Assembly: GCA_012295275.1 (NCBI GenBank)
Contig: CM022678.1
Location: 1,488,001-1,552,000 of the forward strand
From: Chrysomallon squamiferum
Lineage: Eukaryota > Animalia > Mollusca
Direction of reading: 5' to 3'
DNA length: 64,000 nt
Shown here in pieces: positions 16,699 to 28,000 of the stretch. The stretch's first letter is position 1, and each line of letters opens with the position of its first letter. Position numbers and translations under genes: made by a program. The notes beneath the pieces were generated by a model. The model searched no databases. It was given only the letters and a program-made list of their open reading frames with translations, and had not been told where the DNA came from.

Positions 16699-17358
16699 CA
16701 AAATGTTGTGACCATTTCCTCAAAAAGCAAACAAAGACACATCCATCACCAACTGAGACTTTTACAAATTACCCACAGTTCTCTCACTTTCAATTAGATT
16801 TGTTTAATTCTAACAAACAAACACTGAATCAAATGTATATAACTAAAACAAATCACATTTATTTATAAAAACAAAATTTAAAAAATATTTTACTTTTAAA
16901 TCTGCCTCATCATACAAAAGTGTTTTTCAATAATAATCAACATACCTCACGTCCACACCAGTCCAGGTGAAACCTGTAGTACTGTACTCCGTGGTGTACT
17001 TTCCTACAGTTTGGACAGAACAGTTTACCTGTCTGTTTTAAAATTCTTGTCAAGGCGGGGCCATCAGTAGCTCCCCCAGGGCATTCAGGAGTCCACTGTG
17101 AAAATACATTTCACGTTTTATTAAAAGTAAAAGTTTGCTAAAATAGTAAAAACAATGACTTTTAAATAAAATAAAAACTGAAATTTAAACGATAATTTAA
17201 TTACAGCTTTCCATGAATCAAAATTTTTACTTTTAATGAAAATGTATTTTCTCATACATGTTAATTTAAATTAAAATTTCCTGTCACTAAACATTTACTG
17301 AAAAAAAAAAAAAAAGCATTTCTCCTCTGGCAAATATTTTCTCCTTTATTACTTTTTC

Positions 17359-17389
<31 letters not shown>

Positions 17390-18576
17390 ACCTTTATTTT
17401 CTTCTTATTAAATTTTATCTTTAACTAATTTGTTAAAAACAAGATTAACTACATTTCATACTCTACAAAATTATTTCATTTGCAAAAGAAAAATATTCCG
17501 GTTCATAACCAACGCAGTACAATTACGGTTGCTGTGGTAACAACTACTATTTCTGTGGTAATAATTATTGTTGCTATAGAGATGACTACTGTTGCCATGG
17601 TAACAGTCTTACCCAAGCCTGGTGTGCATGTATGAGGTGACTCTTCAGACAGCTCAGACTTGCCTGGTCTTCGTGACAACGCAGACACACGGTGGACACG
17701 TCCTGAAACGACAGACAGACAGACAGGTGAACTTTCCAGAACACAAGTAAACACAGACACTGAAACGTTTTACAGCAAATTCTCAATGACGGAGACAAAT
17801 AAAGGCTGATGGTTATAGATAAGCAGCAGGTAACTATTAGTATACAGGTGTGCATTATGGATTACTAGCAGGTAACTATTAGTATAAATGGATCACTACA
17901 CACACACATACACATTATGGATCACTAGCAAAACAAAAGTATACAGGTGTGCATTACACTAGCAGGTAACTATTAGTATACATGTCATTATGGATTAAAC
18001 ATAGACTATTACACATTACACACTATTAGTATACAGGTAATATGGATATATATATATATATATAGGTGTGCATTATGGATCCTAGCAGGTGACTATTACA
18101 TACATACATTTTCACTAGAGGTGACTATTAGTATACAGACACATACACAAACATTTTTAGATACAGGTGTGCATTAACAGAGGTAACATTATATACAGGT
18201 GTGCAAATTACACATAAACATATACATACATGGATTTGGATTACATAACTTTACATACATAGATTATAAACAAACAGGTCCATTATGGACACATTTTCAG
18301 AGATTATTTACACACCTAGCACAACACATATAAAATACATGTACACACAAACACACAAACATACAGACACCAAAAACACATGTATAAACACACCACACAC
18401 ACACATTCACATATATAATATATATATATAAAAACACCCATACATTTTAGACACAAACTTCATACACAAACATTTTAGGCATGCAAACAGACACAAAAAC
18501 ACATTATACACACCTCATACTCACACACACACATGCAGATGTAAACACACTTTTCACATTCACTCAGACATGCACG

Positions 18577-18609
<33 letters not shown>

Positions 18610-19787
18610 ACATACATATTTGCACACCAATACAGACATACACATACACATAAACAAACACATACACATTTATATACTTTTACATATTTATAAAGACACA
18701 CACAAACACCAGACTAAAATAACTCACCACTTTTGACATATTGCTTGGTCGACCTCTTCCTCTCCCCCGACTACGAGACGCCCCCATTATTCCGTATCCC
18801 CCATTCCCTGATTCCTCCTCTTCTCTGTCACTCTCATCGGAAAACTCTGTTGACACAACTTTCCTCGGTTGTCTCCCTTTCCTTCTTCCAGAGCGACCTT
18901 GTTTACACGACGTCTGCTCACTACTTGCATCCTGTCCAGACTCCCTCGCAGCCCCTCTCCCCTTAACCCTCCCCCGAGTCTTTCCTCGGTCTGGCACAAT
19001 GGCATCCACAGCATACGACTCGTCACCGAAGTCCAGCTCGGATCCGTTGTGAAAGTCCAGTAACGAATCGAGACCTTGACCTTGCAGTCTGCTCTGACCC
19101 TCACTCTTGTCCACATCAGCAAAGGTCACGGTAACACTGTCGTCCAGGTTATCAAATGCCATTTCCGGCAGGTCAAACTTCTCGTTGGCGTTGCTGTCGG
19201 CGACTGCTCGACTCTGCGACACAAACGTCTGGCCGTGGAGGTTGAAGTCCGACGAAACGTTGGAATCCGATCTTCCGGCTTTTCTCTTGCCTTTCTGTCT
19301 CCGGCGGGCTTCCAGTATTTCTGCCTCGTAGCTCGTTTCCACGGCGACGTGCAGAGGCGGTGGTATCGTCTTCTTTTTTCTGTCGGCGAGCTTTGCGTTT
19401 TCCTGTTCCGGCTCGGCTGGCTCTGTCGTCGATTCTAGCTGGCTGTGAATAACAGTGCCGCGAGGAGACGTGAACTTGCTCGACCGTCTCAACAGCCTCA
19501 TTCTCAGCTTCTCGTCGTCCACATCAAAATTTTCTAAAACTTTTTTTGGTTTTATGGCCTTTTTCTGAGTCCTCAACTTGCTTGACCACGTTTCAGTTTC
19601 ATTGGTCGGAGTTGCTACGGGAACGCCGGAACGGGTACGTTTTCTTGACTACGGAAGGTAATTCGGTGGTGAATAGCTGCTTTGGAGGTCTGCCCCGCCT
19701 AGCAACCACAGGTTTTAATGGGTCATTGTTAGGTGTGGTTGATAATGTAGGAGTGAGGCTATTGCTTGCAGGCACGTTTTTCTTCAT
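1045..19787 (-). CDS. GTF3C2: General transcription factor 3C polypeptide 2 (TFIIIC110/Tfc6 orthologue): WD40 C-terminus, N-terminal AT-hook and zinc fingers; spliced, with 4 apparent frameshifts in this consensus
   Basis: Hand-spliced GT-AG exons in transcription order: 19787-18728, 17702-17613, 17095-16946, 15861-15655, 15094-14973, 13511-13334, 12974-12859, 12192-12002, 11303-11180, 10989-10919, 6875-6766, 6356-6282, 5798-5498, 5041-4945, 4187-4062, 3622-3499, 2239-2147, then final exon 1191-1045 (TAA). Peptides typical of GTF3C2: EREKYLP, FVG..VWGIEWCP, WCPNGAWE, LPRLGLLALGCSTGEVFIYS|IPHPE, IQIWDL, LQAIHK|VSLNPNLMSCMWLASGGQAGFLRLH. AT-hook RRGRPPK near the start. Start codon uncertain (ATG 19787 or an ATG ~10 nt upstream). 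Confidence 0.9.
2253..2505. repeat. (AAATT)n pentanucleotide microsatellite, intronic
   Basis: Visible tandem attaa units. Confidence 0.9.
3045..3520. repeat. ~75-bp minisatellite (~7 units) built from a GTF3C2 exon end and its 5' splice site
   Basis: Unit caaataactgacagtctcaccatttccctgtcgacaaattccatatg starts near 3047, 3121, 3195 (degenerate), 3256, 3331, 3406 and 3479. The last unit overlaps the real exon end at 3499. Confidence 0.9.
6872..10398. repeat. 60-68-bp minisatellite (~55 units) filling a GTF3C2 intron
   Basis: Unit gaaatactggaaatataaaacac(agacac)agtgtgaatctatcacagtatacactgagcagagatt. It explains all the YWKYKT and SVYCDRF ORFs in the track. Confidence 0.97.
14030..14830. repeat. 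~38-bp minisatellite, intronic
   Basis: Unit acagaaagaaacagacagatgtatgcagagacagagaa repeated about 20 times. Confidence 0.92.
17820..18300. repeat. Degenerate ~42-bp tandem repeat, intronic (possibly low-quality consensus)
   Basis: Recurrent gcaggtaactattagtatacaggtgtgcattatggatcacta fragments. Confidence 0.6.
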
Positions 19788-19941
19788 TTTCTGTCATCTA
19801 GTTTACTCCATCTTGGAATGAAACTAAATATAAAATATGATATAAAGACACATACATGTAGAAGAAAAATTTATGTTATATGTGTGTCTGTGTGTGTGTG
19901 TGTATTAAAATGTAAATAGAGAGAATTATTCTTGTTCAGCT

Positions 19942-19976
<35 letters not shown>

Positions 19977-20114
19977 TGTATTCATTATTATATATTTATT
20001 GCAAAATTATGTATGTGTGTGTATATATATATATATATATATAAATTTAAAGAAAAATGTGTAAACAAACATTTATTTTGATTTCATGTTTTATTTCATT
20101 TCTATATAAGATGT

Positions 20115-20177
<63 letters not shown>

Positions 20178-20294
20178 TATTAATTAATTTCATAAAATTA
20201 ATATGAATAATTTAATTTCTAAGACTCAGAGTGTTGAAAAAAATTAATTTTAAATAGATTATTCTTTGTGCAATTAATTTTAAAATTGCCCACA

Positions 20295-20352
<58 letters not shown>

Positions 20353-20672
20353 TAATATAATTAAAATTCAATCATATATTCTTAACAAAAAGTTATGGCT
20401 GTCATGTATACCCATCGTAAAAACGCAACATCTTTATTTAATGCTGCAAGATTATTTATTTTAATTTCTTAGGGATATGTTTATCATAAACAACATTAAT
20501 TTTCTGAATGAAAACTAACTGATGTTTTTAAAATGATAATTCTTTTTTTTCTTTCTTTCTTTCTTTTTTTTTTTTTTTTTTTTTTTTAACAGTTTAATGT
20601 TTATAACTAATTCTTACCAACTGGTAAAACCTTTGGCACTAAAGTGTACAATCGATAGGCTGCCAAGCTCTG

Positions 20673-20683
20673 GGTTCGAATCC
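20673..20683 (+). promoter_or_regulatory. Perfect Pol III B-box (TFIIIC-binding site) GGTTCGAATCC
   Basis: Exact 11-nt tRNA B-box consensus; no complete tRNA cloverleaf around it. Lies in the GTF3C2 5' region. Confidence 0.7.
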
Positions 20684-20846
20684 AGGTCAAGAAAGTCAAA
20701 GGTAAAATAACCTGCTTTTATGCGTCAAACAAAGTCACTTGATTAATATGAATACTGCTTATACATTCAATACTCACCTACAAATATTAAATCACAACAG
20801 CAGTATGATGTTGTTGTTTGCTGCAGTACTAAAAAGTGAATCGTGG

Positions 20847-20857
20847 GGATTCGAACC
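20847..20857 (-). promoter_or_regulatory. Perfect Pol III B-box GGTTCGAATCC (reverse strand)
   Basis: Plus strand reads ggattcgaacc. No tRNA context; the flanks are unrelated to those of the first B-box. Confidence 0.7.
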
Positions 20858-21478
20858 AACAATTTTCCGAAGCAGCAAAGAAAGATCGACTGGTTGCGTT
20901 AACAAGTTAAATAGATGCTCAGAATACATCGACGCGGAATAGTTTTAAAACCAGTCAATTAATCTTAAAATAAGGACGTGTTATTAACCAAAACGAGATT
21001 CATGGCAACAACAACTGCACTCGTTATTTATAAAAGTTGTTTGTTTTATTTATTTTTTCCTATGAATATTTTCAAAAGACGTGGAAAATATAATTGAGCA
21101 AAAACTTAACAAGAGCAAATTGACAACGGAATAATAATAAACATAAAACTAATGTTTAAACGTTTAAAAAAATACCTTCTTATGCTACATCAGTACATGT
21201 AATGCCATAATAAATGTAAAATAAATTCTCGATAGAATTTGAAATATTATTCAATTTAACACTTGGTTTTCATATTAAAATGTATCATTCAATTTTTAAC
21301 TACTAACTGTTAATGAATAATTACACATATTCAAATCATTTTCATCCAAAGATGATTATTTATTACTATATCTACTGCTACTACCACTACTACTATTAGT
21401 ATTATTACTACTACTGCTACTGCTAGTACTACTGCAAACACTACTATTACAGATGTTGTTGTTGTATTGATGATGATA

Positions 21479-21514
<36 letters not shown>

Positions 21515-22004
21515 TCAATAGTGCTTCATTTTAGTTCTTTGCGGTATTTCGCTACAACTCTCGATCTGAGAACAAAGACCCATAACCCGAGCTACGCTGA
21601 TGTCCGTGGTAAATACGAACACGGAATTCCTAGGAAAATTAATATAATACGAAAATGTTATGATGTAAGTACATTTTATTTATTTATTACTTTTCAGTGC
21701 TAAATAATGCCAAGTATGAATGGAGGAGGAAAACCTGTATCATTTCAAGTTTAATTTCAAAAAGTTAAAGCATTAAATTAATCTAATGAAAACAGAATTT
21801 AGACTAGCAATAGGACGTTACCAATATTATGAATATAATATTATTTAACAGTAACACGTTTTTTGTTCTCTGTATTGTAATCGAGTAATCGATAAAACTC
21901 GATAAAAATTTTGTTTTACATGTACATTAAATTTAAATTATTCACACTTTTTACAAAAGTAAACAGGTTTCATTTACTTTCAGATGATTTAAATTAAACT
22001 CACA

Positions 22005-24190
22005 ATGGCGACACCAGGCCATTATCCTCTCCAGCAGCAGTCGTCGGCGCCTTCCAGTTACACATCCCTCCCTCCCGGGCAACCCCCCGTCCATCCAGGC
22101 ACATCACAGCCAACTTTGATGTCGCCTACAAAAGAGGTTACAATTATAACATTTTGTAAACTGGGCCAGGAATGTGTGCACGACATTGTTCAGAAAGCTC
22201 AGGATATTTTTAAATTTTTGGCAAAAGGAATTCAGGTAACTGATAAATATTTGTTTAATTGTAATAGTACCTCCTAGACTGAACTCTGTATTTACAAGTA
22301 TTAATTAAAGTGTTTGCAACAAAAATTGCAGATAGGAAGAAATAGTCTAGTTATTTTCTGTGTATGTGCAATGTCCAAAATGTGTTTTGTTTTTTTAAAT
22401 TTTATATTTGTGTACACATATATATAGTTTTAACAAATAGTGTTCAAAAAAAAAATTAGGTTCTGGAGTTGTTGTTTTTCTGTAGTCTTGAATCATTGAG
22501 TACAGGAAACACACATTTTTTCTCCTGTTTGTCAGAAAAATATAAGGTTGTTATTCCAGTTGTAAACAGATGAAATGTTGATGATAAAAATCATGAAAGA
22601 TTTAATCATATTATTTTTCATTTGATAATCTTACTCAGATCTGAATTTTTTATTTACTTTTTATTATTATTCTTTTATTTTAACCTTTTAGTTATTATGC
22701 TGTTAATTTTATCATGCACAGATTAAATTTATTTTAATCTTTGTTAAAAAAATGTGTCATAAGATGATAATTGTCTTTTTTTAATTCCAGCTGTGAAGGT
22801 TTCATTTTCTAAATATGAGAATTATGTCTTTTGTTGTTTATTCAAAAACGGCATAACTGATAATCCAGTCTTTTTGAGTTTGTTTTCAATCATGTTTTAA
22901 TTTATTGCATGTGTGAACTAAGTGTTTGTAGTTTGTTTGATACAACTAAGGTTAATAATAATCATCTCTTTTCCAGTCTGTGTACTAACACGTCCTTGTG
23001 TGATGTTTTTATTTTCAGCTGCCTAACGGGGTTAACGTGACGCCGCAGTTGTTTCAGGAGCGACGTCTTCACCTCGAAGATCAGCTGAAATTGATGTTGC
23101 AGCAGTTTCGCAAACTGCGAGTCATCTACGACAAGGTCAACGAATTCTCAGCACAAATACAGCCACCGTCAGAGGAGGTAACTCTAGAATTACTTCCAGA
23201 AATTTATAATAAATTAGTAAATTCAAAACTTTTTTTTAAGCAATAAAAAGATATGACAGTTATTGTGAAAAGTCGGTTTGTTTGTAATGAAAGTGATGAA
23301 ATATTTGATAAAACTTGTAGTATGTACAAATTAAATAAAAATGTATGTTTTAGTTATAGAAATATTTTTCTAAGTGTTTAGGATTTAAGATAATTCGCTG
23401 TGGTACTGTCAGCAGTTTTTCAAAATATTTTCCACTAAAACTTCTGTGCATAATATATAGTAAAGCATAATTACTCTGAAATTTAACAGCTAAACTTTAA
23501 TAAACACTTTGATATTTGACTTGTCTATTATGATTACTAAGCAATGAACTGATAATTTTATGATGAAAATAATAATATTAATAAAAATTATAAATATAAT
23601 AGTAACAACAAAAATGACAATAATAATTACAGCAATAGTTACAAAAACAACAATAAAGATAATAAAAAACAAAATCTGTTTATTAACTTTAAAATGTATG
23701 TATGTACGAGTTTATATCTATATCTATTACTCTGTATCTACATATATATATATATATGTTTGTTTGTCATTGTGTTTTACAGCTGTTAGTCCCACACGTT
23801 GGCTGTGAAGTTGAGAATGAAGCATCAAACACAGACATTTACCGAGTTGTGGTAGAGGAACACAGAGAGATAGTTGAGGTGAATTTTAAAATTAAGTTTA
23901 TTTTAAAAACTTATTTATATAACTCACTGATCAAATAAAAAATATTTAAAAAAAAAAAAGAAATATTAAGCTTGTTATTCTGAAATAAATGTTGCAAGAA
24001 TACAATTTTATAATTATCTTCCATTTTATAATTTTTATTTTCTTATTAATTTTAGTTTTTTCAATTTATGTTATTTTATTTATAATTTCAGCAAGTGAGA
24101 CTGAAAAACCAGGAGCTGAAAGACATCATAGACCAAATACGGACAATTATTTGGGAGATCAATACAATGATAACTATGAGGAAAACGTGA
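22005..24190 (+). CDS. MED30: Mediator of RNA polymerase II transcription subunit 30, 194 aa, 4 coding exons
   Basis: Exons 22005-22235, 23019-23177, 23783-23878 and 24092-24190, all phase-0 GT-AG. Motifs CKLGQECVHDIVQKAQDIF, Q|LPNGV, FRKLRVIYDK and KNQELKDIIDQIRTIIWEINTMITMR. Confidence 0.95.
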
Positions 24191-25082
24191 AAAACCCATC
24201 TTTCTGATGTTTTTTACTTCTCAGACTTAATGAAGGGAGATAATCCAAAAGTTAATGTTTTATAACAAACTGTCTCCAGAAAAATTTAAGAGTATTATTC
24301 TAGTTGTAAAGGGAATAAAATGTTGATGATAAAAATCATGAAAGACTTAATCATATTCTTTTTCATTTGATAATCTTACTTGGATTTCAATTTTTTATTT
24401 TACTTATTTGTTTATTTTTTATTTTTTATTATTAATTATTAATATTTTTTTTATTTTAACGTTTTAGTTGGTTATTATGCTGTTAATTGTTACTTTAATC
24501 TCTTCAACAGATCAACATATGTCGATGTTGCCATTTTGTATCATAGCACAGTTTTTCCTTTTCAGTTATATGTACATGTATCTTTCCTTTTCAGTTATAT
24601 GTACATGTACATGTATCTTTCCTTTTCATAAGTCAGAATTGCTTCAGTGTTTCCATTTTTTAAAATTTATTTTTCCAAGCCTTTGTAATTCAACAACAAA
24701 ACAGATAGATTTCCGAGATCGTCAACTGCCTACTGAGCATACTTAATGTAAAGTTGCAACAAGACAACAAAACGAAAAATGAAAATTTAATTTTTCTCAA
24801 ATGCAACGAAATGCAGCTAATTAAACACAGCAAAAATTAAGAGAACTGCAAGCAGAGTTAATTATGCATCTGTCTAATGGATTCTTCTTCATTTCGTTAT
24901 GTTCTGGGTTTGCTGATTTTCTTGATGCTGGTTCGATGACTGGTCGATTGGTTTCCGTTAGAGGTAACTGACTGGTTAGTTGGTTAGTTCGTTGTTTAAT
25001 TGATTATTCACTCGTCACGAATACTGAAAACATTAATACTAATGTCGAGCCTTTAGTTCTATTATCCCTAATATGTCGTCTA

Positions 25083-28000
25083 CTAAGTGTTGGACGTTTT
25101 TAAAAGGGTAAACATAACTGTAACGACAATAACGATGGCAATCACAATGCCGGTAATTGCTGTAACCTTGGCCATTTTCCCCAAGTTTCTCGCCTCCTCA
25201 TAATCGCCAATGTCTGACGCAGTTCGGGACTGGAAAATAAACAGAAAACAGATTTATGAAATCCTGCGGCCATTTCGGGCGATATAATTATGTCTGTGTC
25301 TGGTATATAGATGATTTTTCGTATAAATATGTTTAGATGCCATGTTGTTGGAGGTGCGTGTTTGTGGGTGTATGTGTGTGTGTGTTAGTTGCGGCGGATG
25401 GCCTGAGTCTGGGTGTGACATGTGTGTGTGTTAGAAATCGTTTTAAAAGTATCGGATAAACGGAGGCTGAAGCAGGGTGGGTGAAATTGGGTGTCCTAGT
25501 GTGTTTTTAAAATGTCTGGTGGATGGCTGAATAGAGGGTGGGTTAGACATGGATGTGTGTGATTGATTATTGGATTTCTGAGTGAGGGGTGGGTGAGTGT
25601 AATTGTGTGTGTGTTACATATTTGGGGTGGATGGCTCTAGGGTGGGTGTGGGACTTAGTTGGGGTGGAAAGCTGACAGAGGGTGAGCAATTGGGGATGTG
25701 TGTGTTTAGATTGGGGGACAGGATGGCTGAGGGGAGGACCTGGAGGGTGAACATTCAAAGGTGTTTGTAGGACGAACATTCATATGTTTCTACTACAGCA
25801 CGCACGTCTTCGTGTAAAACTGCTAATTCAGTGAAGAAAGACACAGATTGTAATTTTCTGATAACTTAATATCTGTGAGACCAGAGTAAAACATCTAATA
25901 CAATTAAACAAATTAAAATATTTAGTTTTATTTGCTAGAATCTTGATAAATGATATGAATAAATTAGTCATAAATTGGAAATTAAAAAGATGTAGAAATG
26001 TCATCCACCAGAGTAACCTCCCTCCAGTTATATCGCTGTTTATGTTGTCATTAAGCCTAACGACAAAGGAGCAAATAGTGCTAAGTTCTAAATGTTAAGC
26101 GTTTGATCAATAAAAACATCTTCAAGAGACACCTAATAGTCCTGCTCTTCCTGTGAAATACGCCAGAATCATTAGAAATCATTTTTAACAGTATGAGATA
26201 AACAACTTATAAAATACAACAAGCATATTACACAAATTGCCTAATCCTAGTCATTTCTTGAAATGTCTGATCATTTTAGACATTACCCGAATAGAGCGGT
26301 TGTCTTAGACTTTAGTGAAGTGATTGATTATTACAGCCATTTCACGTCCTGACAGGTCTTACAGATTAACTGTGACACACTCACATATTCACACGAAAAT
26401 ATCTAGTTCTCCAAATTACTTACCTGAACTGAACAGAAGATAGCGATTATTGCCATGGGGAAGTTGAAACAAAAAGATATGAGAGACAGGATCATGTAAT
26501 CAGGGGGGCGACCTGGAGGACGAACATTCAAAGTGTCTGCTGGAGGACGAACATTCAAAGTGATTCTTGGTTGTCGAATAATCTTTACATTTAAAAATAG
26601 AATATATTATACACACATGGAAAATTCTGTTTATTTGACATACACAGACACCCATACACTTGCACACGGTTTAATATTCATAATTCGTATAGTTGATCGT
26701 ATGCAGGTGTTATTGCTGTTTGGAATGAATCATGATGTGGTACATCAACCATAGAAACGGATGCCTTATTATTATTATTAATGGTTTATTGATTTCGTAG
26801 TTTTTATCTTATTATTACTATTGTTTTTTTTTTCTTAGTTATTTTCGTTGTAATAGCGTTACATTATTATAAGGAAAGGAAATGGAAGCATCAGTCCCAT
26901 GAAGTACATGTTTTGTAAGTGTTGTGCTGTTTGCCTGGTGAACATTGTTAATTTCATCAAGTGTGTTCACTTCGCGGTCCGCGCCGCTTCCTTTAATAAC
27001 ACTAACAGCTACTTAAACATTTATTGTTGTAAGGTTTTACTGAAACTCACCTCAAAGCATAAAGTTAATAACTGCAGGAACCAGTGCAAGAAATACGTCA
27101 ATATTCATATGTTCGACGATCTTTCCTTTTTGCAAGTGCAATAACAATAGTAGGTGTGTATCAGTTTTAAAACTATGTTGTTGTTTTCTTATTATTTCCA
27201 GAATAACTAAAAATATAAAACAAATGCTTGATGTGTATTGTCTTGGGACAGAGTCACTAATTTTGCAGAGAATCTACTTACGACTATTGGAATGTTTCTT
27301 GTTTCTCGTTCGTGTCCATATCGCGGTGATGGAAGTTCATAGTTCGCTTCCAGCTGATCGTATGCTGGTGGAGGTCCATAATTTGCTTCTAGTTGATCGT
27401 ATGCTGGTGGTGGCTAAAATAAATCATCATCGTCATCTTGGTCATTATTATTATTATTACTGGTGTTGTTGTTTTCGTAGTTATCCATATTATTATTATT
27501 ACTATTATTATTATTATTATTATTGTTATTATTATTATTATTTGTTTATTTAGTTATAATAGCTGTTGTTGTTATTACATAGGTAAGTTCACACAGATAT
27601 TCGGATGAACACAAAAGGAAGATCGATTCCCATAGAAAAAAATCAATTACGTGTCGTAAATATCAAATTAATGAAATTAACAACCAGCGAAAGAAAAAAT
27701 AATTAAAGTAATATAAAGAATAAATGAATCAAATGATATACTGTATAGTAATACTACTACTACTACTACTAATAATAATAACAGTAATTATAATAATAAC
27801 AATAATAATAGTAATAATAATAATATTATTATTAACATCATCATCTTCATCGTCATTATCGCTATCATTATTATTTGTGTTTGAGCAGAACGTGAAGCAA
27901 GGTGCTAACTCTGATAAGTTGTATGAAAAACGTCACTGTGTTAACACAAACTCATCTTGTGACGTAGACAGAAAAATGTGACGTTGCAGTTTAGAATGGT

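Larger units (their letters stand above)
20618..21664. promoter_or_regulatory. Putative bidirectional promoter and 5'UTR exons of GTF3C2 (-) and MED30 (+)
   Basis: Divergent genes. Minus-strand donors at 20617 (gtaaga) and 20777 (gtgagt); plus-strand donor gtaagt at 21665 and acceptor cag at 21983 just before the MED30 ATG. CpG-containing islets in otherwise AT-rich DNA. Confidence 0.6.

Noticed and set aside
13503-16742. Long FIYL / FVCL / ETERNRQ ORFs
   Set aside because: Translations of (TAAA)n, (CAAA)n and a 38-bp minisatellite; only the short embedded GTF3C2 exons are coding.
20630-20700. tRNA gene around the first B-box
   Set aside because: Only a weak A-box-like TGGCACTAAAG and an imperfect T-stem; no acceptor or anticodon stems could be built. 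Kept as an isolated B-box.
25350-25782. Extra exon-4-like fragment (acctggag..aacattcaaag) at the end of the G-rich tract in copy 1
   Set aside because: Garbled, lacks splice sites and is absent from other copies; most likely a consensus artefact in a collapsed repeat.
26899-27553. Recurrent plus-strand ORFs (MKYMFCKCC..., MLDVYCLG...) conserved in three units
   Set aside because: Conservation reflects recent duplication. They are intronic or antisense to dispanin exon 3 and are not preserved in copy 2.
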